Source of the DNA: an uncultured Dictyoglomota bacterium
GTDB taxonomy: Bacteria; Dictyoglomota; Dictyoglomia; Dictyoglomales; Dictyoglomaceae
Assembly (NCBI GenBank): GCA_964654465.1
Contig: CAZZIO010000032.1
Location: 1 to 64,000, forward strand
Reading direction: 5' to 3'
Length of the DNA stretch: 64,000 nt
Part shown: positions 31,325 to 39,949 of the stretch, in pieces
Layout: each line of letters begins with the position of its first letter
Numbering within the stretch: the stretch's first letter is position 1
Notes under the pieces: model-generated
Seen by the model: only the letters and a program-made list of their open reading frames with translations
Told to the model about the DNA's origin: nothing
Databases searched by the model: none
Position numbers and translations under genes: made by a program

Positions 31325-31618
31325 TTCCCCCTCATACAACTTAGTCCAAGGTACAACTTCAAAACCTCTAAGTCCTTCTTTCCTAACTATTTTCCAGTAA
31401 GGAACTTTATATGTTACTTTCCTTTCGTATCCGCATTCACAGTATAAAGTCTTTTCTTCTATTCCATCCTCAATAGTTGTTGGAGCTTTGATTAATTTGT
31501 AATGTACATTCAAAACTTTACCACAATTAGGACATCGAGGAGTTGTTAAATATTTAATAACTCTATCACCTATATACAATATCAAGATTGCAAAAAGTAA
31601 TAATAATATTAATTCCAT
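31250..31618 (-). CDS. Membrane-anchored zinc-ribbon protein overlapping the 5' end of rnpB
   Basis: AGGTAGGA RBS, N-terminal TM, CPNCG..CECGY; stop lies inside rnpB. Confidence 0.7.
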   Translation of the reverse strand: MELILLLLFAILILYIGDRVIKYLTTPRCPNCGKVLNVHYKLIKAPTTIEDGIEEKTLYCECGYERKVTYKVPYWKIVRKEGLRGFEVVPWTKLYEGEEVDQATAESKDSEESPNTTGQGAG

Positions 31619-31639
31619 AAATTTCCTACCTTAATAATA

Positions 31640-32356
31640 TTATTCCAACCATAAAATTCTACCACAATTTGGACAATTTACAATATCACCTTTTTTAACC
31701 TTTTCTAAAACAGCTTTAGGTATCGAAAGTCTGCAGCCTTCACATATTTCTTTATTTATAACTCTGGCAATTGCTCTACTATTTTTAGATTTTAATAAAT
31801 TGTCAAACTCAATCAAATCTTGCTCAGGTATCTTAGACCTTTTTTCAGAAATATTATCAGATAAGTTCCTTATCTCATCTTTAACTAAATTTATCTCATT
31901 TTCTAATATTTTCTTATTGTTTTCAAACTCTTCTCTCATTTTTTGTAATTCTAAACTTACATGTTTTTTCCTTAAATCTATTTCTTCTGACTGAATCATT
32001 AAATTTAATATTTCATCTTCAAGATTATTAATTTGTTTCTTTAGATTTTCAATTTCCTTTTCAATATGCATCACCTCTTTAGGATTTTTTAAAGTTAAGC
32101 TTCTTTTTTCCTCCTGAGATAGTTTTTCCCTATATATTACAACCTTATCTTCCTTTTCCTTTTGCTGATCTCTAATTAACTTAAAATCATCAATGATCTT
32201 TCTTAACTCTTCCTCTTTGTCATTAATCAACTTAAGATTTTCATTGAGATAGTTTTCAAATTCTAATTCCAAATTTTTAAGCCTTTTTTCATAATCTCTT
32301 AGTTGTAATATTAATTCTTGGATTTCTAGTAAACTTGGTATTATTTCTCTCCTCAT
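31640..32356 (-). CDS. Coiled-coil protein with C4 zinc ribbon (DUF164/CdsZ-like)
   Basis: Long coiled coil, CEGC..CPNCGRIL. Confidence 0.9.
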   Translation of the reverse strand: MRREIIPSLLEIQELILQLRDYEKRLKNLELEFENYLNENLKLINDKEEELRKIIDDFKLIRDQQKEKEDKVVIYREKLSQEEKRSLTLKNPKEVMHIEKEIENLKKQINNLEDEILNLMIQSEEIDLRKKHVSLELQKMREEFENNKKILENEINLVKDEIRNLSDNISEKRSKIPEQDLIEFDNLLKSKNSRAIARVINKEICEGCRLSIPKAVLEKVKKGDIVNCPNCGRILWLE

Positions 32357-32410
32357 ACCTTCTCCCTAAAATTTTTTTTATTTATATAAAGTATATCATT
32401 TTATTATAAT

Positions 32411-34279
32411 CTATCCTTTTCTTATCCAAACTGTCATAGGACCTTTTTCTCTATTTGCCCATGCATAATACGGTATGGCTATAAATTCTACCTCTTTTTT
32501 GTTTTTTTCTACTTCTTCCTTCGGTAAATATAAATTGCTCTCCCAAATTCTACTGTTTATAATCTTTCCCTTGCCTTTTATCGTAACTATCCCTCCAAGA
32601 ATCTCTGATAGCTCTGCTTTTAAATTATACTCAGAAATTTCCATGTATCTTGGATCACCCCATGAATTGTCAACCTGCTCCATACAGTAAACTATTGGTC
32701 CCCTCTTTATCGCTACTTTCCCTATATTGTCTTTTACCTTTGGATGACTCTCTATTATTTCTATCTCCATGGGTAATCTTAAATTTATTTTGTCCCCTTC
32801 TTTCCATTGATTCTCTATTTCTATATATCCATTTCTTATTTCCTTTGTATTTAAATGATTTCCATTTATCTTTATCGTGTAGCCTTTTGCCCAGCTCGGT
32901 ATCCTTAAAAAGATTTTGTATTCTCCTTCTGTTTTTATTTCAAATTCTATATTCCCTTCCCACGGATAATTAGTCTTTTCTATGAGCCTTACCTCCTTAT
33001 CTCTCCATGGAATTTGGGCTTCATTCTCTCCATATAAATGAACCCATATTCCTTCTTCTGATGTAGTATAAAAATATCCCGGTATTGATGCTATTAATCT
33101 TGCTATGTTTGGTGGACAACAGGCACATGCAAACCATGGCTTTCTTATGTGTTCTCCATTGTTTTCTAATGGGTTTACATAAAAGTATTCTTTACCATTT
33201 AGAGATATTCCTGATAGTAATCCATTGTATAATGTTTGTTCCATTATATCTGCAAATCTTCCTTCTCCTTTTGCAAGTAGCATCCTAAAATTCCACATGA
33301 AACTTCCTATTGCTGCACATGTCTCTGCATATGCTGTATCATTTGGTAGTTCGTACTCTTCTCCAAAGGCTTCTCCTTCATGTCTTGCTCCTGCACCTCC
33401 TGTTATATACATCTTCTTTTCTACAAAATTTTTCCATAATCTTTCTAACGCTTCCATTAGCTCTTTTTCTCCTGTCTCTAAATAGAGATCTGTAGCCCCA
33501 CAGTTTAGATATAAGGCTCTTACTGCATGCCCCACAATTTCAGTGAGTTCTCTGAATGATTTGTGGTCTATGTGATATGTTTCTCCGCCTATTAGTCCTT
33601 TTCCTCTTTCATCTATAAAGAATTTTGCAAGATTTAAGTATCTTTTATCTCCTGTCTCTCTGTATAGTTCTACAAGTGCCATCTCTATCTCGGGATGTCC
33701 ACATGTGCCTTCTTTTTTGCCTGGCCCAAATACATGGTCTATATGGTCTGCAAATCTTTTTGCAATGTTTAACAAAGTATCTTTTCCCGATGTTCTGTGA
33801 TGCGCTATTCCTGCTTGTATTAAATGTCCTGCACAATATAGTTCATGCATGTCTTTTAGGTTTGTCCATCTGTCCTTTTTTCTTTCAAAGGTAAAGTAGG
33901 TATCTAAATATCCATCTTCATCTTGGGTTTCTGCTACTTCCTCTATGGTTTGATCTAATATCTTTTCTAAATTTTCATCTCTTCCATAAGATGCAAAGGA
34001 AAATGATACTGCTTCTTGCCATTTATATACATCTGTATCATTAAAGAAAAAGCCAAAATAGTCCCTTTCTACTTTTCCCACTGCTCTTCTAAAGTTGTAC
34101 AATCTTTGTGTCTCTTCTAATAGTCTATATTGCTCTGGTAAGGTAACATCGTGTAGTATTATTATTCTTTTCCCCCAAAAACCAGATACCTTTACAGAGG
34201 ATATAGGTATTGTCTTTAATTTCGCATATGGACTCTTTGTAGTATCAATTACAAAACTTCTATTCATCTTTTCGCCCAC
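32411..34279 (-). CDS. Glycoside hydrolase family 127 (beta-L-arabinofuranosidase-like)
   Basis: HELYCAGH, GHPEIE, GHAVRA, YAETCA, FYVNPL, CACCPPN. Confidence 0.92.
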   Translation of the reverse strand: MGEKMNRSFVIDTTKSPYAKLKTIPISSVKVSGFWGKRIIILHDVTLPEQYRLLEETQRLYNFRRAVGKVERDYFGFFFNDTDVYKWQEAVSFSFASYGRDENLEKILDQTIEEVAETQDEDGYLDTYFTFERKKDRWTNLKDMHELYCAGHLIQAGIAHHRTSGKDTLLNIAKRFADHIDHVFGPGKKEGTCGHPEIEMALVELYRETGDKRYLNLAKFFIDERGKGLIGGETYHIDHKSFRELTEIVGHAVRALYLNCGATDLYLETGEKELMEALERLWKNFVEKKMYITGGAGARHEGEAFGEEYELPNDTAYAETCAAIGSFMWNFRMLLAKGEGRFADIMEQTLYNGLLSGISLNGKEYFYVNPLENNGEHIRKPWFACACCPPNIARLIASIPGYFYTTSEEGIWVHLYGENEAQIPWRDKEVRLIEKTNYPWEGNIEFEIKTEGEYKIFLRIPSWAKGYTIKINGNHLNTKEIRNGYIEIENQWKEGDKINLRLPMEIEIIESHPKVKDNIGKVAIKRGPIVYCMEQVDNSWGDPRYMEISEYNLKAELSEILGGIVTIKGKGKIINSRIWESNLYLPKEEVEKNKKEVEFIAIPYYAWANREKGPMTVWIRKG

Positions 34280-34328
34280 CTTATATTATTAATATATTTG
34301 GAAAATTTTATTAGTTTTCTCTTTAATT

Positions 34329-34356
34329 ATTTTACGTTTTTCCAAAGTCTTGTCAA
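34329..34356 (-). promoter_or_regulatory. Putative sigma70 promoter for GH127
   Basis: Minus strand TTGACA-16 nt-TAAAAT. Confidence 0.5.
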
Positions 34357-34367
34357 AAAGAGGATTA

Positions 34368-34818
34368 AAAAACTTCAGGTAACCTTTCTATGATCTCACT
34401 AAAAGAACTCTTTTTTTCTAAGAAAAGCTTAGCTATTCCATATATATGATTTAAAATCACATGTCCTCATCTATATCTGATATTTTAGTATGAGTTAACT
34501 TTGAAACTTTTATTTTTAGATATTTTTTCTATGTTCACAATCGTTACTGCTCTTATAAAAGAAATAATGGGTCTTCTTAATTAAGAACAGCTTTGATTTT
34601 ATCTAATAAGTCTTTCAATTCAAATTGTTTTACCTATAGAAAAATATGTTTTCGCTTTAATAGCCATTATCTCTATCACTATTTTCTTTATTTATTTCAG
34701 GCACATTTTTATCAAATCTTTAAGTTTATTTTTAACTCTTTGTAGAAATTATAATTCCTACACTTCCATTACCCATGAAACCAACAAATACGGTATTTTT
34801 TAACTTCTTTCTACTCAT
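34368..34818 (-). pseudogene. Degraded pyrroline-5-carboxylate reductase (ProC/ComER)-like pseudogene
   Basis: Collinear fragments in shifting frames: VFVGFMGNG, IFL*VKQFELKDLLDKIK, IISFIRAVTIVNIEKI, IYGIAKLFLEK, SFSEIIER. Confidence 0.6.
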
Positions 34819-34882
34819 TCTAATATATAAAAAATTAAGAATAGAAAATATGGATCAGATTTGGGTCAATATTAATTAAAAA

Positions 34883-34958
34883 TGGTGGGCGGAGCAGGAT
34901 TTGAACCTACGACCTCCTGCGTGTGAAGCAGGCGCTCTAACCACTGAGCTATCCGCCC
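34883..34958 (-). tRNA. tRNA-Val(CAC)
   Basis: Cloverleaf, anticodon arm CCTGC-TTCACAC-GCAGG, encoded CCA. Confidence 0.97.
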
Positions 34959-35012
34959 AAGCTTGCTAATGATAAAGTAATATAAAAAGAAATTTTTGTC
35001 AATAACTATGAA

Positions 35013-35500
35013 GAGACCTTCGGTAAATTCTAAAATATAGTATTAAAATCCCCAAATGTCCTATCATTTTTCTCATTCTCTCATATATCCCAAATAATAT
35101 AAGATTATTTATAACATGTAATGAAAGTTTTTTTTAAGATGTCCCACAAAGTCACTCAAATACATACTTTTCTACAACCAAATCCAGTCCCATCAACTAT
35201 TAACCCTTTCTATCTTACTTCTTTTCTTTGAAAAAATATTTTCCCAACTTTCTTAATTAACTCATGTAAAATCTCCTTTACAACTTTTTGAAACTTATAA
35301 TGATATATTCATAGATCTCTCTTATGGAAAAATTTATGTAAAGTTTAAAATAGCCAAAGATTAAAAGATAAACATATCGCCATGGGATTAAGGTTTGCCT
35401 CCCTTTTTAGAGGTTAAAATTGGGTTTTCCTTTAAAACTCTTTTACTAATTAAAGTATTTTACAAAAAGAATATTTTGATCTTCTTCTTTCCTTTCATCC
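35013..35500 (-). pseudogene. Degraded DDE transposase remnant (IS4/IS5-like); boundaries approximate
   Basis: Fragments KKGGKP, YHYKFQK..LHELIKKVGK, LIVDGTGFG (first catalytic-Asp motif) interrupted by stops and frameshifts. Confidence 0.55.
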
Positions 35501-35588
35501 ATTAACTAAAGTCAAATAGGTTAAATTAAAAAAATTCATATAGACTTTAAGGAGTTATAAGTATTTATGATGAAAGTTATATAAAAAA

Positions 35589-35663
35589 TGGTGGGCCCGC
35601 CAGGATTCGAACCTAGAACCAACCGGTTATGAGCCGGCTGCTCTGCCGTTGAGCTACGGGCCC
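35589..35663 (-). tRNA. tRNA with CAT anticodon, probably tRNA-Ile2 (lysidine)
   Basis: Cloverleaf, loop CTCATAA, GGGCCC acceptor stem, A discriminator; lacks initiator features (C1 mismatch, three G-C pairs). Confidence 0.9.
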
Positions 35664-35677
35664 AACTTTCAACGTAA

Positions 35678-35706
35678 ATTATATTATATTCTTTTACAAA
35701 TTTCAA
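35678..35706 (-). promoter_or_regulatory. Sigma70 promoter for tRNA-Ile2
   Basis: Minus strand TTGAAA-17 nt-TATAAT. Confidence 0.7.
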
Positions 35707-35723
35707 GAGCTTAAGTGTGATTT

Positions 35724-35760
35724 AAAAAGTAGAGGGGAGAAATCTTAAATTCTCCCCTCT
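35724..35760 (-). terminator. Intrinsic terminator after trpB2
   Basis: 11-bp stem AGAGGGGAGAA/TTCTCCCCTCT followed by a T-run on the minus strand. Confidence 0.8.
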
Positions 35761-35769
35761 TCAAATAGC

Positions 35770-37122
35770 TTAAATCTTAGGTAGATCCTTAAGTGCTTCT
35801 TCAACCTTTTCCTTAGGATAAGAATAATCTTCCAGTCTACCTGTTAAATATTGATCATAGGCAGAAAGATCAAAGAAACCGTGACCACTAAGGTTAAATA
35901 ATATTACTCTTCTTTCTCCTTTTTCTTTGGCATCCAAAGCCTCATCAATAGCTGCTCTTATAGCATGGCAAGATTCTGGTGCTGGTACAATACCCTCCGT
36001 CCTTGCAAAAAGAATTCCTGCTTCAAATACTTTTGTTTGAGGATACGCTACAGCCTCAATATATCCATTATGATAAAGAGCACTTACCAAAGGTGCCATT
36101 CCATGATAACGTAAACCTCCTGCATGAATAGAAGGAGGGATAAAATTATGGCCAAGTGTATACATCTTTAAAAGGGGGGTCATTTTAGCCACATCACCAA
36201 AATCATATGTATATATACCTTTTGTAAGACTTGGGCAAGATTCGGGTTCTACAGCAATAATTCTAATCTTTTTACCCTTAAATTTTTCTCTTACAAAAGG
36301 AAAAGAAAGACCTGCAAAATTACTTCCCCCACCCACACATCCTATAACCACATCAGGAAATTCTTCTGCCATTTCCATCTGCATCAAAGCTTCTTCTCCA
36401 ATTATGGTCTGATGTAAAAGTACATGGTTAAGTACGCTACCAAGGGAGTATTTTGTATCATCTCTCTTAACTGCATCTTCTACTGCTTCACTAATAGCGA
36501 TACCTAATGAACCAGGAGAATCTGGATCTTTCTCCAAAATCCTTCTTCCAGCTTCTGTATCTTGACTTGGGCTTGGTACAACCTTTGCACCCCATATTTC
36601 CATTAAGGATCTTCTATAAGGTTTCTGATAATAACTTACTTTAACCATATATACCTTACATTCTAACTTAAAGAAATTGCATGCCATAGATAAAGCAGAG
36701 CCCCATTGGCCTGCTCCAGTCTCTGTAGATAATCTTTTTACACCTTCCAGTTTATTGTAGAAAGCTTGAGCTACTGCAGTATTTGGTTTATGGCTTCCTG
36801 GAGGACTAACCCCTTCATATTTATAATATATATGTGCTGGTGTATCTAAATATTTTTCCAAATTTACAGCTCTATACAAAGGTGTGGGTCTCCAAAGCTT
36901 ATAAATATTTAACACTTCTTCAGGAATAGGAATATACCTTTCTTGACTCACTTCTTGTTTAATTAACTCCAAGGGGAAAATAGGTGCAAGATCTTCAGGC
37001 TTAACAGGCTGTAATGTTGCAGGATGAATTACAGGAGGTAGCGGAAAAGGAAGATCAGGTATAATGTTGTACCAATCCTTAGGAAGCTTTGACTCTTCTA
37101 AAATATACTTATACTGACTCAT
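35770..37122 (-). CDS. trpB2: Tryptophan synthase beta chain, type 2
   Basis: 450 aa; [12 protein letters not shown] (PLP Lys), [32 protein letters not shown]. Confidence 0.93.
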   Translation of the reverse strand: MSQYKYILEESKLPKDWYNIIPDLPFPLPPVIHPATLQPVKPEDLAPIFPLELIKQEVSQERYIPIPEEVLNIYKLWRPTPLYRAVNLEKYLDTPAHIYYKYEGVSPPGSHKPNTAVAQAFYNKLEGVKRLSTETGAGQWGSALSMACNFFKLECKVYMVKVSYYQKPYRRSLMEIWGAKVVPSPSQDTEAGRRILEKDPDSPGSLGIAISEAVEDAVKRDDTKYSLGSVLNHVLLHQTIIGEEALMQMEMAEEFPDVVIGCVGGGSNFAGLSFPFVREKFKGKKIRIIAVEPESCPSLTKGIYTYDFGDVAKMTPLLKMYTLGHNFIPPSIHAGGLRYHGMAPLVSALYHNGYIEAVAYPQTKVFEAGILFARTEGIVPAPESCHAIRAAIDEALDAKEKGERRVILFNLSGHGFFDLSAYDQYLTGRLEDYSYPKEKVEEALKDLPKI

Positions 37123-37146
37123 ACATTAAAAACCTCCCCTAATAAA

Positions 37147-37402
37147 AATTAAAGCCTTCTCATCCACAAAGGACGAGAAGGCTTGGTCTCGTGGTACCAC
37201 CTTAATTGAGGTAGATATCCCCCAACTCTTTGCCCATTTAACGGAGGCTAACCCGTTGGAGACTACTCGAAGATATATTATCTCTTTCGTTCCAAGGCTC
37301 CAGGCCCCATTCACTACCTGCAAGATGGCTGGTTTACAGCTAATACCAACCTCTCTGTTATCTTGCTATTTGGTAGTTACTATTTCCCTTCACAGCCTTT
37401 CC
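37147..37402 (-). promoter_or_regulatory. T-box riboswitch, Trp specifier
   Basis: Stem I with GA/K-turn and AGAGA/GCTG motifs, specifier GAA-TGG (37307-37309), T-box AAGGTGGTACCACG (37190-37203), terminator AAGCCTTCTCGTCC/GGATGAGAAGGCTT. Confidence 0.93.
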
Positions 37403-37513
37403 TATTTTTAGATGATATTATACTATAAATTTTTAATAACAAAAACTCTCAGTGGAAAATTTTTTATTTTTATGTTATTTTATATCAAATTGGTATAATT
37501 TATAAAGGATGGG

Positions 37514-38200
37514 GTGAAAAAAATGCTTAAAATAATTGAAACAATAGTTGCAGACTACAAGGCTGTATTTGAAAAGGATCCTGCTGCAAGAAATTTTTTA
37601 GAAGTAATACTTTGTTATCCGGGCTTTCATGCTATATTATTACATAGATTAGCCCATTTTCTTTGGAATTTAAAAATACCAGTTATTCCACGTTTAATTT
37701 CCCATCTCAATAGACTTTTAACAGGAATAGAGATCCATCCTGGAGCAAAGATTGGTAAAGGTTTCTTTATTGATCATGGTATGGGGGTAGTGATAGGTGA
37801 AACAACAGAAATTGGAGATAATGTACTCATATACCAAGGCGTTACCTTAGGAGGAACAGGTAAAGAAAAGGGTAAAAGACATCCTACGATAGGCAACAAT
37901 GTGGTTATAGGAGCAGGAGCAAAAGTTCTTGGTCCAATAACTATAGGAGATAATACAAGAATAGGTGCTGGGTCTGTAGTATTAAAGTCTGTACCCCCCA
38001 ATTGTACAGTTGTGGGAGTACCTGGAAGAGTTATAGTTCAAGAGGGGAGAAAACTAACTCCTAAGGAAATGCTAGAACATGGTAATATCCCAGACCCTGA
38101 ACTAAGTTTAATTGAAGAACTAAAATCAAGAATTGAGAACATTGAAAATAGAATAGAAAAGCTGGAAAGACTATTAAGAGAAAAACCAGAAAATTTATGA
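37514..38200 (+). CDS. cysE: Serine O-acetyltransferase
   Basis: [38 protein letters not shown]. Confidence 0.95.
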   Translation: MKKMLKIIETIVADYKAVFEKDPAARNFLEVILCYPGFHAILLHRLAHFLWNLKIPVIPRLISHLNRLLTGIEIHPGAKIGKGFFIDHGMGVVIGETTEIGDNVLIYQGVTLGGTGKEKGKRHPTIGNNVVIGAGAKVLGPITIGDNTRIGAGSVVLKSVPPNCTVVGVPGRVIVQEGRKLTPKEMLEHGNIPDPELSLIEELKSRIENIENRIEKLERLLREKPENL

Positions 38201-38226
38201 TATAATTACAGATTAAAAGAAAAAAG

Positions 38227-38320
38227 GTTCCCGGGGGAGCCTCTTAATCCGAGGCTGAGATGGTAGCGGAAGCTACCGACCCTTTGAACCTGATCTGGGT
38301 AATGCCAGCGTAGGGAAGGG
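38227..38320 (+). promoter_or_regulatory. TPP riboswitch aptamer
   Basis: GGGG..GCTGAGA..ACCCTTTGAACCTGATCTGGGTAATGCCAGCGTAGGGAA; upstream of thiT-thiN. Confidence 0.96.
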
Positions 38321-38356
38321 CTAAGGATAAAAAAATATAACATTTAAGGTATATAA

Positions 38357-38404
38357 AAATTAAGGTTCCCTTCCACTATGCTGGATAGGGAATCTTAATT
38401 TTTA
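38357..38404 (+). terminator. Riboswitch expression-platform terminator
   Basis: AAATTAAGGTTCCCT..AGGGAATCTTAATTT stem with a T-run, before the thiT RBS. Confidence 0.75.
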
Positions 38405-38423
38405 ATATAGGAGGTGCTTCATA

Positions 38424-39224
38424 ATGTCTCAAAAGCCTGTAAGGCTTCTTACAGAGGGTGCTCTATCCATAGCTTTATCTCTACTTCTTTGGTATTTGCG
38501 AATAGGAGCTATGCCTCAAGGTGGAAGTATAAGTATGCAAATGCTTCCTCTCTTTATCTTTGCTTTAAGATGGGGAACATTACCAGGTATTTTAGTAGGA
38601 TTAGTATATGGGGTTATACACTCCTTACAAGATATGTATGTTGTTCATTGGGCCCAATATTTATTAGATTATCCCATTGCTTTTGGTTTAATAGGCCTTT
38701 CAGGAATAGCAAAAAAGGTTAAGGTCTCAAAAATAATTTCCTTTTTTATAGCTTTACTTTTCTTAGCAGGTTCAATTCTGTTTGTAGTTAATATATCTAA
38801 TGAACTTCCTCAAGCTCAAAAAACCCTAGAAGAGTTAAAATTAAAACTTCAATCTGCCCAAGGTGAAGAAAAAACTAATATAGAAGAGGATATTAAAGAT
38901 TTAGAATTTAAATTGAAGTGGTTCCCAATTTCAAGAATAGTTTTAATAGTTGCAGGTATTCTTGGGGCATTACTTTTAATTTATGGTGCTGTCCTCAGAA
39001 AGACCCAAGAACCCATAGAACTTGGAGTATTTATTGGTGGTCTTGGAAGATTATTTGCTCATTTCCTGTCAGGCGTGATTTTCTTTTCCCAATATGCTCC
39101 ACCTGGGACACCTGCATGGATTTACTCCCTAATATATAATCTTTTTGTAGTTGTACCTAGTACTTTTGTATGTTTACCATTAGTACTACTTATATACCCC
39201 AGACTAAAAGAAAGTGAGATATAA
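38424..39224 (+). CDS. thiT: ECF thiamine S-component ThiT with a large internal insertion
   Basis: MPQGGSIS, ALRWG, HWAQYLLDY, HFLSGVIFF, YSLIYN; TPP riboswitch upstream. Confidence 0.9.
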   Translation: MSQKPVRLLTEGALSIALSLLLWYLRIGAMPQGGSISMQMLPLFIFALRWGTLPGILVGLVYGVIHSLQDMYVVHWAQYLLDYPIAFGLIGLSGIAKKVKVSKIISFFIALLFLAGSILFVVNISNELPQAQKTLEELKLKLQSAQGEEKTNIEEDIKDLEFKLKWFPISRIVLIVAGILGALLLIYGAVLRKTQEPIELGVFIGGLGRLFAHFLSGVIFFSQYAPPGTPAWIYSLIYNLFVVVPSTFVCLPLVLLIYPRLKESEI

Positions 39225-39235
39225 TAAAAGAATCT

Positions 39236-39880
39236 ATGAAAATAGTAATTTTTGCAAATGGAGAAAGCAATTTAGATATAAATGATATAGGAACTATATT
39301 CCCTGTCGACAAAATTATTTGTGCTAACGGTGGTACTAAATTGGCATTAAGGTTTGATATAACACCTGACATAATTGTAGGTGATTTAGATTCATTAACA
39401 GAAGATATATCTAAAAAGTTTGAGAATAAAAAAATAGAGTGGAAAATTTATCCAAAAGAAAAAGATGAAACTGATTTAGAATTAGCTGTAAGAGAAGCTA
39501 TAAAATTCAACCCCCAAGAAATATATTTTATTGGACTATTGGGGGGAAGGATTGACCATTTACTTTCTAATCTATTCTTTTTAGAAAAAGTAAAAGATAT
39601 GGGCATAGAGCCATATGTAATAGATAAAAATTTAAATATATATCTTATGAAAGGGGAAGAAGAAAGAATATTTTGGGGGAACAAGGGAGATACACTCTCC
39701 CTCATTCCCCTATCAGATGTGGTTGATGGTATCTCTTTAGAAGGCTTAAAATACCCCTTACAAAATGAACCATTATATAGAAAGCTTACAAGAGGAATAA
39801 GTAATGAATTCCTTTTACCGCAAGCAAAAATAAAAACTTCTGAAGGGACACTCTTTGTAATACATCTACACAAAAAATAA
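39236..39880 (+). CDS. thiN: Thiamine pyrophosphokinase
   Basis: VGDLDS, KDETDLE, GGRIDH, GLKYPL, GISN. Confidence 0.93.
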   Translation: MKIVIFANGESNLDINDIGTIFPVDKIICANGGTKLALRFDITPDIIVGDLDSLTEDISKKFENKKIEWKIYPKEKDETDLELAVREAIKFNPQEIYFIGLLGGRIDHLLSNLFFLEKVKDMGIEPYVIDKNLNIYLMKGEEERIFWGNKGDTLSLIPLSDVVDGISLEGLKYPLQNEPLYRKLTRGISNEFLLPQAKIKTSEGTLFVIHLHKK

Positions 39881-39949
39881 GCTCTTATGTTAAAATATAT
39901 AGTCTTTATTTTTCAATATCATTGAAATTTTTTTAATTCTGAGGAGAAA

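Noticed and set aside
32475..34292. Many short plus-strand ORFs within GH127, and similar shadow ORFs across the window
   Set aside because: Antisense or out-of-frame shadows of well-supported genes, with no motifs or RBS
35589..35663. CAT tRNA as initiator tRNA-fMet
   Set aside because: G1-C72 is paired and the anticodon stem lacks the GGG/CCC signature
37126..37323. 65-aa ORF as a trp leader peptide
   Set aside because: Lies within the T-box RNA, has no RBS and no tandem Trp codons
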